DNA of 63,895 nucleotides, the filler included, from Reticulomyxa filosa (Eukaryota > Protista > Foraminifera): assembly GCA_000512085.1 (NCBI GenBank). It is 26 parts of 26 records of this genome, joined end to end, with 100 filler letters (N's around TTAATTAATTAA, not from the genome) between each part and the next. Parts side by side here need not be neighbours in the genome. Positions count along the whole stretch, not along the records: positions 10,700 to 13,249 come from ASPP01001089.1; positions 13,350 to 16,005 come from ASPP01032328.1; positions 16,106 to 24,547 come from ASPP01021035.1; 23 more parts are not named here. One strand, given 5' to 3'. The notes beneath the pieces are model-generated. The model saw nothing but the letters and a program-made list of their open reading frames with translations, did not search any database and was not told where the DNA came from. Made by a program: the position numbers and the translations under genes. Shown here one piece after another: positions 12,760 to 24,647 of this stretch (within the stretch, counting starts at the first letter, position 1; each line of letters begins with the position of its first letter).

Positions 12760-13249
12760 GAGACTGTTGGGGTTGATATTTTTGCTGTAGTCGTTGATAG
12801 CACTATATCTGTACACAACATCAATGAGCGAGTGGGTACAAATCGAATCGACGCAATTGACGCGAAGCCAAAAGACATGGATTTTGAAGCGCAAAATGGC
12901 GGACGACGAAAAGGTCCATTGACATTTACATTGAGACAGCAACGTGTCGAAGGTTAAAAAAGTATTGGCATGTGCATATAAACATATATACATATACATA
13001 TATGTATATGTTTATATGAATATTATAAAAAAGAGTTTCACGAGGAAATGAAAGAAATATCGGACCTGTCATCTCCAAAGTACGGACAGCACAAGTCGTT
13101 ATCAGAAGTGCACGAGATGTTGAAGCCGGACCCGTCGTCATTTGAAGCGATGAGACAATGGCTACGATCGTTTGGAGTGAGCGACAACGATGAGAAGGAG
13201 AGCGAGCTGGAGCACGTGACATCGAATGGAGACTTTGTGCGCATGATGA
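12760..13249 (+). pseudogene. TPP1: Tripeptidyl peptidase I / sedolisin (S53) pro-domain, probably a pseudogene
   Basis: PLTFTLRQQRVE..EISDLSSPKYGQHKSLSEVHEMLKPDPSSFEAMRQWL..GDFV matches the pro-kumamolisin activation domain. The upstream signal-like LLGLIFLL*SLIAL contains a TAG, and a frameshift is needed near 12915. Confidence 0.7.
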
Positions 13250-13392
13250 NNNNNNNNNNNNNNNNNNNNNNNNNNNNNNNNNNNNNNNNNNNNTTAATTA
13301 ATTAANNNNNNNNNNNNNNNNNNNNNNNNNNNNNNNNNNNNNNNNNNNNTTTTTTTTTTTTAACTAGTAAAAAAAAAAAAAAATCTACAAAC

Positions 13393-13955
13393 TGATTGGC
13401 TGGTCAACACCGGTGATGAAGAAGTGGTCGTGGTAGTTGTAGTAGCGGTAGTTGTGGTGGTAGTTTCCGAACTTGTGGTTTGCTCGGCTTCCTCAGTATC
13501 ATCTTTATCTTTTTTTTTTTGTTTTTTTACCATTACAACTAAAAAGTCTTTTTCCTTGAATCCTGCCGATTGCGCTGTTTGGTCATCCTTTGTTTGTTTG
13601 TTTTATAAATTTTTTTTAAAACAAAATGAATGCAAACAAAAAAAAAAAAAAAAAATTAATGAAAACCAATTATGGTTGATACATTCCTTTCTCACGGAAA
13701 TAATGACATATGTATATACCTTCAAAATCTTTCCACGGTGAATCAACTTTTGAGTTTCTGGCTCACCCAAATGCAATTCATTGTGAATTCGCTCTTTTAT
13801 TTGTGCCACCTATCGTTATGCAACAGGATAAACAAGCTTTTTTTTCTCTCTTCACTTTGATCAAGACTCAAAACAAACAACTTCTTAACTGTATCCGTCA
13901 GCTCAATTTCCAAATCAAATTTATTGTTTTGTAATGTTTTCACTTGAATAATCAT
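13393..13955 (-). CDS. RAD23: UV excision repair protein RAD23 (N-terminal UBL domain + Thr-rich linker, partial)
   Basis: Three spliced exons give MIIQVKTLQNNKFDLEIELTDT|VAQIKERIH..QKLIHRGKILK|DDQTAQSAGFKEKDFLVVMVKK followed by a poly-Thr linker. Confidence 0.85.
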
Positions 13956-16105
13956 CGCTTTATACTTTTTATATCAATAAAAAGAAAACTTTCGCTTATC
14001 AAAATCAGAGTTGCAAAATATAGACCACGATTTGGTGCAGTGTCAAACAATTAAAAATGTCGATAACTTTTCTTGTCAAAAAGGAGTTCTTTCTGCAAGT
14101 TAACTTACTTCGCAAAAGTTGTACTAAACAAGTTAAGTACTTACCACAAAAGTTTGCTAACAGTTTCATAGTGTCAGATGAACTTAATCTCTGATCAGCT
14201 ACCAAAGTGGAGTATGAAAGAAATGCTATTTGAGCGAACTCCAATAAAAAACGAAAGAAACAGATCTAAATTTTCAATATTAAAAAATATCTTTTTAGGT
14301 TAAGCTAGTGCATGTTTGTAAGTAATGCTATATGTAAAATACGAAGGATCTTTTGCTCTTTTGTGTAAGTGAAAAAGTCAACTTTAAACAAAAAGAGGAA
14401 AAAAATAAATGGCACTTCCTTGCTACTGATACTTATAGATCATAAACATTACTTCGTCATTTGAGCGACAGCTACTGAAACGCTTGATTACTAGTGTATT
14501 GTGGATAAATTATAACACGAATTGTTGCTCTTTTGAGTAATTTTTAATAAAAAATTTTATTCAATTCCCTACTAACTGCAGGTGAAGTTCCACTAGAAAC
14601 CTGGAAACAATTCTTCATCAGAAAACTTTACTTCTTACTTTGTTTGAAAAAGGGATTTCAAGATTCACTTGAACCTTGATATCAAATAGTACATCTTTGA
14701 CATATACAAGCAATGTCACTTTTGTCTCTTCTTGCATTTCCTTTGCGTCAATATAAACAATAAACTTTTTATAACACATCAGAAGTGTAAATTACTATTA
14801 ACTGACAACATATACTGATTGTGCAAATTCACTTAGACTATATATATTACATATTTTCATTTATATTTGTTGTATCAATAAAACCATATATCGAATGAAT
14901 AATATATAAACTAGTTATTATCACAACTAACTAATACAAACATATACATATTAAATAAACATAGAAAATATTATTGCGCGATAATATGCAATTTATATGA
15001 AATATTTAAACTAGTAACTGCTATAATTCACAACAACATTATTAAAATTATATAGTAAAAATTCAATAAATGCTTAAATGATATTATTATCACCATACAT
15101 ATTGAATTGAAGTTTATTTCAAAAGATTACTTGTGTAATATATTTCAAAAAAAAAATCAAAGTAAAATCAAATCACTAAGATCAAACTCAAATGAGCTAT
15201 CTAATGATATTTTGAGATTAACGTAGATATATACTATAATCACAAATCATAGACTTACTTCATTAAAAAATATCTAAAAATGAATACTGAGCATTGCGCA
15301 TTATTGTTTAAATTATAAGAGCTAAACTTAACTTCAATATATTAATTTGTCAAAAACTCAAAACAAAATTAAAAAACCTTCACAATAAACAAATAAAAAA
15401 TTTAAATTTTTTGTTGTCGAATTTTTAAAAAATATTAAAGATACAAGTCTAATTCTTTTTTTAAAATCTACGTGACTTGAAGATTCAAAAAGACTTAAAA
15501 ATTACTTCTTGTTAATACATGTTCGATTTAAATGCATTCTTGCAAAATTTTAAAAAACCATTTGAAAAAACAATTTTTGATCAACATAGGAAAAAGTTAT
15601 TATAAAACCAATTTCACTAATATCGATTCTTACCACACATAAGTCACATTCACTATTTCTACATTATAAATTTAATTTTTCTAATTACGGGCTAATACTA
15701 ACTAAAATAATACTACATACACAACTAGACGAGTTTGATAATTATCACTGTCGATTTGAATGTCCCAGCAAATCTTTTCTCAGTAGACGTCATTTCACGC
15801 AATATGTTAGCATTTGCACATTTCGTATTTTTGTCCAAAGTAGTTATTCTTTAGTTGGAGTTATTTTGTGTGTTACCCCTCCGTTCATTCAATTCTAATT
15901 TGTCAGTTATACCAGTTAAATTGGATGGAAAATTTTGCATTCTATATGGCATTTCCATAAGTGTGTGGGAGTATGCTGCCGATGAAATATTACACTAAAT
16001 GTAATNNNNNNNNNNNNNNNNNNNNNNNNNNNNNNNNNNNNNNNNNNNNTTAATTAATTAANNNNNNNNNNNNNNNNNNNNNNNNNNNNNNNNNNNNNNN
16101 NNNNN

Positions 16106-16192
16106 GTTTAAATCTTTATTTTTCATGGAAAAAATCGATTCTCTTCATATAGTGCCATTTAGGTATGGCAGTTTTTTTTGCAATCTACTGTA
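16106..16192 (-). mobile_element. Terminus of a Tc1/mariner-like MITE (diverged copy) inserted at TA in the pPolB gene
   Basis: The reverse complement TA-CAGTAGATTGCAAAAAAAACTG...GATTTTTTCCATGAAAAAT aligns with TA-CAGTAGGTTGCAAAGAAAACTG...GATTTTCTCCATGAAAAAT at 43999 onward. Confidence 0.75.
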
Positions 16193-17930
16193 TCAAATAC
16201 ACAACCCTTTTTTTCATGATAAACAATCGCTGTTTGACCAAACTCATATTTGTAACCAAATGATTCACCTAGATCGAATAAATGCCTTCAAATGGTCCAA
16301 GTGTTCGATAAATTCCACTTGAACAATTTTCAAATATTCAATTTTGAAAGGATCTATTCTTGTGGCAAAAGTAAATGCGCTGGTGGAGTAACATTCACAT
16401 GAAAAAAGCCAATTTTTTTTCATTTTATAATCGTAGATTGGACTTCTCGAAAAAGTCGCTGGACCACATGGATAAATTGGATTTGATAAAACCCCGCAAT
16501 CTATCATCGCACCAGAATAAAGGCTTGTCACATTGCCCATTTTTAAGTGATCTTTGATTTCATCGAAAGGTTTGTCAAATTCTTCACTTTTGTAATGTGA
16601 AGCTTCCATGTGAGTGTATCCTCCATATGTTGCAGCATAAATGAAATCATAGTCCCTTCCGCAGATCACTTCATCAAACCTTTTTTTGTGTTTTTTGAAG
16701 TTTTTGTTTTAACGAACTTTCCATTTCTCCTTTTGTACTGGTTCCTTTTGATTGCTTTTTCCTCGTTGCACTTGTGGCGTAATTTGTAAACTAAACCACA
16801 ATTGTCACATGTTCGTTCTTTTAACATTCGCTTTGTTATCAATTTATAGTGCGAATTTTCGATAACAATTTTTATCCAAAATAACACGTCTCTTTTTCGC
16901 ATTCCTTCTATTAAATCTTGAGGATACGTAGAATAATAAAGTTCTAATTGTTCTTTTTCAGTGTTGTATATACGTATACCAACATTCTCAAGTTTAACTT
17001 TTTTTCCCACATATTTCGTTATTTTGTCCATTTCAACGAACATTATTTGTTTTCCACTTTCAATGTTGAGCGCACGTCTAATTGTATCACCTCGCATTGA
17101 CTTGAACTTGATATTCTTTTTTTCGAGGAATAATCGATAACCATTCGTAATGCAAAATATGCCGCAGTTGTTTGTTGTTTCATCACTGGCTGGATTAAGT
17201 AAACAATACTTAAACATACCCTTAATCAACGTTTCTTTTGTTGGTTGAATTCTATTGTTACAGCCAGCAGACGTGAAAGGTGGACGTGATATTTGATCAA
17301 CAAATGGAACCATCTTCATATCGGCTGTTGAATGAATAACATTATGAAAAAACACAAACTTGAACCCCCAAATCGATGTTTCAAAATTTGAACCACGTGT
17401 TTGTCCATGAGAAAGATATTTGATATCAACTATGTCTTTCTGAAAGGAATTATCGTTGAAACCATGATAATTTTTTAAAAAATTATATTGTTTGTTATTA
17501 TATGATGTTTTATTTGTCCATTCATTGATCCCGCAATGCTTAACCTTAAATAAGGTATAACAACACATGCGTGTGCATTTGTGACAAAGTGTGATGGAAC
17601 ACAAGCAAGCGCAAGTGCCATCCAAAAAAGCAAACGATGGTTGTTTGACACCATCAAATAAGCCGGACCATCTATTTCGCATGGCATGCCTGGTTTAAGA
17701 AACAAAACTTCAAATCCGATTTCTGTTATAGACGTATTTAACCCAAAAAAAGTTGGGTGATTTCAATGTTTTGCACCATGTATCTCTTCAATCACCAATG
17801 ATTTTCATGTATGCCTTTCTTAAATTCAATGACGATCGTTCGTTGTAAGGGTTCGATACATTTCTCTTTCTTACAAGTCTGTGTCTTGTCCCATCAATAG
17901 TCAAATCCGTTTTTTGATGAGTGTGCAAAA
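16193..17930 (-). pseudogene. Protein-primed family B DNA polymerase (Polinton/adintovirus type), decayed and internally deleted
   Basis: RGSNF (like the GSGW motif), LLNPASDETTNNCGIFC...IENSHYKLI (OTU-like), CDNC-x6-HKC zinc finger, then YDFIYAATYGGYT, NVTSLYSGAM (motif A, DxxSLYP degenerate), YPCG and FGYKYEFGQTAIVY. Intronless with several frameshifts. Confidence 0.8.
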
Positions 17931-18258
17931 AATTGGAGTTGCGAAAATGCGGACGTATATAGAATAACTAAAAAAAACAAAAAACTGAAAAGTGAATTAA
18001 GAGTTTTTTTACTTTGAACTATGAGTCCCTTTGACCCCCTGAACTTTTTTAAAAAGTAATAATTATCTTGATTTTCTTTTACATTATTCTTTTATTTTTT
18101 TAAAATATCAGTGGCGCAATTTTTAAATTAGGTTAAAATCCAAAAAGATGCTCATGAACCAAAAAATACGCTATTGATTTTGGTGTTAGTTTTTTTACTA
18201 TGTTAAAATAATGCTTATTACAATCCATAAAACGTTCAAATAACATTTACTTTCAAGC

Positions 18259-20179
18259 ATGCAGAGGGGCTCACAATTCAAAAATAATAATGTATGCATA
18301 ATTTTAACAAGTAAAAAAAGGGATATATTTGCTTTCAATTACTTTTATTTTGTGCATACATTATTATTTTTGAAAGGTGCGCTCATATGGGTCAATTTCG
18401 AAGTTAAAAAAAAACTCGGTGTTTCTGGAAAACGCTTTTTTCCGCACAATTGTTCACTTGACAAAATGACTGAACTTGCAGCAAAAGTTTTCATGAATTT
18501 CATTAAATTTTATAAAAGGCAATGTTAATCTACCAAAATTTTGATGATGTGACACGCTGTTGCAGACTCAGTATAATGGAACATACGACTGTAGAATGCC
18601 TGAAAAAGAGAAAAATTGAAAGTGATGCTAAAAGATTGACAAAGGAAACGTGTGGAAAGCCAAATCAAAAAGAAATAGTTGAAACGATTATTAAAAAGTC
18701 GTTATGGTATATTGAAAATGGTGGAAACGATCAAATAATGGTATAAAAACATCATAGTTTTAAAAGGATAAAAGAATGCAGCTCTCCTGCTTTTTGCAAA
18801 TTGCGGGAAGTATACGTCATGTGTTTCGAGAATGTTCCAAAGTGTGGACTTTGTACAAAATTTTTATGGAAGGTGAAATTGCTGATTATTTCATTTATCA
18901 AAATAAAGCAAAAATAATTGTTTTAAGGAAAATGTCAAACATTTATAACTTGTATTATGATTTTAATGTAATTTGTACAATTGAAGAGTTTGTTGATGTG
19001 TTGTATCCACTTGGGATTTGTTTTATTATTATTGATTTTGTGGGAACAAATTATGAGTTTGGTTCAGATGAGATAAAACAAAAAAGGGGTCAAATGTATT
19101 ACATTTTAAAAAACTCTCCTTCTTGCATCATTGAATCAAAAAGATTAAAGTTTTTTTTAGTTCTTTTTCAATCTAATTAATTCACTTTTTTACTTTCAAA
19201 AATGAAAGTTTTCAACAATTTTTATAAGATAATGACTATCAAACAGTCCTTTTTGATAAAATTGTGTCATTGGATTATTTTCCAACAATGACCGATTGAC
19301 TGTCATAACAAGTCAAATTTTTTTAAGAATGATCGCTGGTAATTGTAGATTTGATTTTGTGATAAACTGATTGACAGAGAAAGCAGGTTACACGAGGCAA
19401 TACAAAAGCCAACATATAAATTTCGAACAAACGAAATCATCGAAAAAATAATAAAAGGTTTGTTATATGTTTACATGGAAGAAGAAGGTAATTTGGAAAG
19501 ACTCGCAAAAAGAGATCATTATGTAATGGTTGATTATAAGTTTATGATCGCAATTGCTTTATTCTGTGTAATTGCGAAGCTAAAAGAGATATCACGTGTT
19601 ACGGTTTATCGATGGGCAACGTTTAAATGTTTTACACCAAATTATGAGAATGTTGGTTTGAAACAGAGAATAAAGAAAATTAAAAAATTGTGAACACAGT
19701 TGTTGACGCGTTATTGATTAAAATTGGAATGTTATGGCATGACTTCAAGTATTTAATATTATATCACAAACTGTTGATTTGAAATATGGGATGCCATTTA
19801 ATGTTAAAATGATACTTTATGAATATATTGAATATGATATTGTTGATTAATTTTTTACTTGTTTAATGAAAAGTTTACGTAAAAAAGGAGTTTTCACCTT
19901 TGATTTTGATTCAAAAGAAGATAAGTTCATAAAATTTGTGAATTACCACAAAGCCATTTGTTCAAATGAAAATGAACATGGCAAATTGAATTTCAACGGT
20001 TGTTCAATTGGAATTTTCCTAAAATTAAATATCCTTGTAATTCTCTTAATGATTTATTCGTTAATGGTGTTCCATCTAGTTTGCTAAAAATAAAACCTGG
20101 CGGCGATTTTCGCAACGATTTATTTATGGTGCATTCATGCACATTTAAAAAAAAGCTTTTTTCAAAAATGGCATTTTAA
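18259..20179 (+). mobile_element. Cluster of decayed intronless ORFs divergent from pPolB; probable remainder of an endogenous Polinton-like virus
   Basis: Closely packed, frameshifted ORF pieces (18259-19180, 19202-19693, 19866-20179) with no poly-A/TA introns. One has the HTH-like IAKLKEISRVTVYRW. No capsid, ATPase or integrase was recognised. Confidence 0.45.
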
Positions 20180-20480
20180 TCAAAATGATGTAACAATGGA
20201 CCATTTGATAACAGACAATAAAATTGAAAATTTGATGATAATAATTAAGTCCATGAAATTATATAGTTCAAATGTGATATGTTTTGGATCATGTGATAAT
20301 ACAATTTGATTTTGTGACACTCGATCAAATAAAAATGAACTGTATATGATCAGAGGAGACAATAAAGAAGATGATGTAATATTATGTCCTAAATTTATTG
20401 TATTGAAAAAGAAAACAAAGAATGTCACATATGATTTAAACTTGCGTTATGGCTCTGGCAAAGGCCCCATTGTATTTAGC
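20180..20480 (+). pseudogene. WD40-repeat gene 3' remnant
   Basis: NVICFGSCDNTI*FCDTRSNKNELYMIRGD..ILCPKF..LNLRYGSGKGPI, with an in-frame stop. Confidence 0.65.
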
Positions 20481-21323
20481 GAATTTATCTTTGACAAATA
20501 AGAAATGAAAGTGTTTTTGTTTGAAAAATTTGATTAAAAGAAAAGTAAGATGATATTAAATTTGTTTGATTTGATTGAATGCAAGTATTGAAGAATTTGT
20601 TATTTTACTTTGTTGTTTAAAAAAATTTAAAAAGCTGCATTCAACGTTTTTTAAAGAATTGAAAGCATGATCAATGAAAATTAAATTCAAATATCAAAAT
20701 AAATTGCAATATATTTCAAGTGTTGTGTTTTTGTATATCATAAAAACTCGAAATATTAAATCGCTTCAAAGAGTACAAAATAAAAGAAAAGTTTTGCTAA
20801 TATTTGAAATTCAAGAAGGTACAATAAACAGCTAAAAAGATCTCTCCAAAATGAACTCCTATGAACATTCATTTGTTTCTTCATGAATAATCAATATTTA
20901 TTCAAAATTCTTTTTTTCAAATATATCTATTGCATTTGCTGCAGATACTAACATTTTCATTATTCTTTTTAAATTTACAAATTATTGTTGGCAAAACAAA
21001 TCATGTAAATACAAATTTACAAACTCAATCTTTCAATGCAAATGAAAAGAAGTTAATAAAATAAATATTTTTGAGTGGTTTACAATTGTTTAAAGTATCA
21101 TTTTTAAAATTTTTTTCCATTTTATGTAATACCAATTAAAAGAATTCCATACTTACAATTTGTCACGAATTACTTTTCTTAAAATGAACTTTGACATTAT
21201 CTTATATCATCTAAGATAATCTCAAGAATTAGTTAATTCCTGAAACAAATTTATTTTGCTTAGAGAAACTGTATTTAACAGAACAATAAAAAATGAATTC
21301 TATTTACATAAGTAAAAAAAACA

Positions 21324-24300
21324 TCAAAATGTTCCACCACACTGTTTCACAAGCATTTTTTGTTCATCTTTCAAGCCATTTGAGTTTTTCCAAATACTTC
21401 CTTTCATTGATAAACCAATTTGAATACCTATTTTCCAAATATAATCCACCACACTAGTCTCAGTTACATCGACAATTTTACCATTATCACTACCCCATAA
21501 TCGAATTGTTTTATCGCTAGAACATGACACTAGTTTTGAACCATCAGGAGATAAGTCAATGCAATTAATATAAGCGTTATGTCCTTCTAGCACTTGAATT
21601 TGTTTTCCTGAAGAAGTATCCCATATTCGAATCGTTTTGTCCAATGCATGCGAAATAACTTTAGAACCATCCAATGAAAATGTTATTTCATGTATTCGTT
21701 TAGAATGTCCTTTTAATATTTGGATTTGTTTTCCAGTCAATACATCCCACAATTCAATTGTTTCATCATATGAACAAAACGCAATTGTATTACCATCTGG
21801 AGAAAATATTATTTTATTTACAGATTTGCTTATCTTGTATGAACAAATCTGCTTTCCAGATGATATGTCCCATACTCGAATTATATTGCCATATGAACAT
21901 GATACAAATTTAGAATCATCTGGTGAAAGTTGTATCATGTATACTGATTCTGTACGTTCTTCAAATGTCTGAAGTTGTTTATTAGATAAAATATTCCACA
22001 ACGTGATTGCATTATGTGAGCAAAATATAATTCTATGTCCATCTGACAAAAATTGTGTATTAGATACAGCATCCAATAAGTGAATTTGTCTTCCTGATGA
22101 TGTATCCCATATTCGAACTGTTTGATCATCTGAGTATGATACAAGTTTGGAGCCATCTGATGAAAATTGCCCTTTACTCACCCAATCTGAATGTCCTTCC
22201 AATAACTGAAGCTGTTTTCCTGATAATGCATCCCATATTCGGATTGTTTTATCCAGTGAATATGATGCAATTTTAGAACCATCTGATGAAAAAAATACTT
22301 CTTGTATACTATCTGAATGTCCTTCCAATAATTGAAGCTGTTTTCCTGATAGCACATCCCATATTCGGATTGTTTTATCAGGTGAATATGATACAACTTT
22401 AGAACCATCTGGAGAAAATAATACACTTGAATGGCCTTTAAATACATGAATTTGTTTTCCTGATTGTACATCCCACAATCGTATTGTTTTGTCTACAGAA
22501 CATGATACAATTTTAGATCCATCAGGAGAAAATTGTGCTACTGTTATAACATTTAGGTACTCCTCTGTTAACTGAATTTTTCTTTCTAAAGAAATGTCCC
22601 ATATTCGAATAGTACTATCATATGAACATGACAAAATTTTGGATTCATTTGGAAAAAATTTCACACCAGATATAAAATTTAAATGTCCTTCTAATACTTG
22701 AATTTGTTTTCCAGATGATACATCCCATAGTCGAATTATACCACCCCATGAACCAGATACAACTCTGGAACAATCTGATGAGAGACTTACTGCAGATGCA
22801 GAATCTTCTAGAACCTGCAGCTGTTTTCCAGACAACAAATCCCATATTCGAATTGTTTTATCTTTTGAATAGGATAAGATATTTAAACCATCTGCTGATA
22901 ATTGAATTCCTTCTATTTCATCTGTATGTCCTTCCAATAATTGAAGTTGTTGACCTGTTAATGCATCCCATATCCAAATAGTGTTATCATTTGAGTAGGA
23001 TATGATTTTTAATCCATTGAATATGAATTGCAATCCATTTATCACATTTTCATGTCCTTCTAACAATAGAAGCTGTGTTCCAGAAAATACATCCCATATT
23101 CGAATGGATTTATCACTCGAACAGGAAACAATTTTAGAATTATCTGGTGAAAATTTCACAGCTCCCACTTCACTTGAATGTCCACTTAATAATTGAATTT
23201 GTCTTCCAGATGATACATCCCATATTCGGATAGTTTTGTCATCTGAACAAGATACAATCTTAGAATCATCTGATGAAAATTCTACTGAATTCACAGAATC
23301 TGAATGCCCTTTTAACACTTGAATTTGTTGACCTGATAATACATCCCATATTCGAATAGTTTCATATGAGCACGACACAATTTTGGAACTGTCATGTGAA
23401 AACTCAGCTGCATTTATCATACTTGAATGTCCTTTTAATACATAAAGTTGTTTTCTTGATGATGCGTCCCATATTCGAATTGTTTTATCATTTGAATAAG
23501 ATAGTATTTTTGTTGCATCTGGTGAAAATTGAATTCCTTTTAATCCAGCTGAATGTCCTTCTAAATGTGCATATTCTCCAAAATAAATATCATTCATTGA
23601 CGCATTTGTAAAATTAACCTTGGTTAAACAAGATTGATGAAAACGCACATGATCCAAATTCGCATTGCTAAAATTAGTTCCTTCAAGAAATGCACGATCT
23701 AAAATTGCATAAGGAATTTTTATATTATTCCAATTTTGATAGTCCATGTCAATATTAGCCGAATTAAGTATAGTGATTGCATTTGCTGCTGCAATACTGA
23801 CATTTTCATTATTCTTTGATGATTCAATGATCCTAAATAATCTTGATTTTAAATTTACAAATATTGGATTATTGTCATGAATCCTTTCTGCAATAAATTG
23901 AATGATCCCCAATTCTTCATTTAATAATTTATGATTGATAGATAATTTTTGAACATGTGTTTCAAATTGTTGTTGAAATTGTTGATTATCAACAGTAATA
24001 GCATTGGGTTTCCATGAAAGGATATCAATTACCACTTTTTGAGCTGCATAATATTCTTGACACGATTTATGTAAAAATTGATATTTATTATCACCTACTC
24101 TCCTCAACACATATTTCGCGATACTGTCGCCGTTGAAATACTCTTCCCAAATATCTTGTGTTTTTGTAACAAAAGTATTGTTGTTTATTTTTATTTCTAT
24201 TTTTTCATCCATGTTACTTTTATTTTCATTTTCCATTTCTGGATCTAATTTACTCCAAATTTTACTATCGTCATCACTTTCATATTGATATTCTGATTCA

Positions 24301-24547
24301 ACAGCAACTTGAGTTCCATGATGAAACATATCAAATCCTAAATTAAGACAATATTGTTTTAATGTAGATTTGATTTTATTGATACTCATTTGTATTCTTA
24401 ATTCTGCCAATGTTGAAACAATATTTTGACTATGAATATCAACCCATTGATCATTGAATACTTCATACACTTGTGCTTTTGAAATTTTGCTTCCTGCACC
24501 ATATTGTTTCACCAATGATGGCAATACAGTTAAAATAAGTTGAAGAA
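21324..24547 (-). CDS. STAND/NACHT-associated protein, C-terminal part: winged-helix, pentapeptide repeats, ~17 WD40 repeats
   Basis: FLHKSCQEYYAA (NACHT winged-helix FxHxSxQEY), pentapeptide run AFLEG-TNFSN-ANLDH-VRFHQ-SCLTK-VNFTN-ASMND, and 17 mostly GH...IRxWD-type repeats. Intronless and open to the contig edge. Confidence 0.9.
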
Positions 24548-24647
24548 NNNNNNNNNNNNNNNNNNNNNNNNNNNNNNNNNNNNNNNNNNNNTTAATTAAT
24601 TAANNNNNNNNNNNNNNNNNNNNNNNNNNNNNNNNNNNNNNNNNNNN

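Noticed and set aside
15880-16005. NISSAAYSHTLMEMPY as a second PolB motif A
   Set aside because: Weak match on a different contig, with no supporting motifs.
16140-16190. pPolB motif B (IAK..YLNG) at the contig edge
   Set aside because: This sequence aligns with the MITE terminus, so the resemblance is coincidental.
19571-19615. Tc1 transposase from the HTH-like motif
   Set aside because: No DDE domain or TIRs nearby; kept only as HTH-like.
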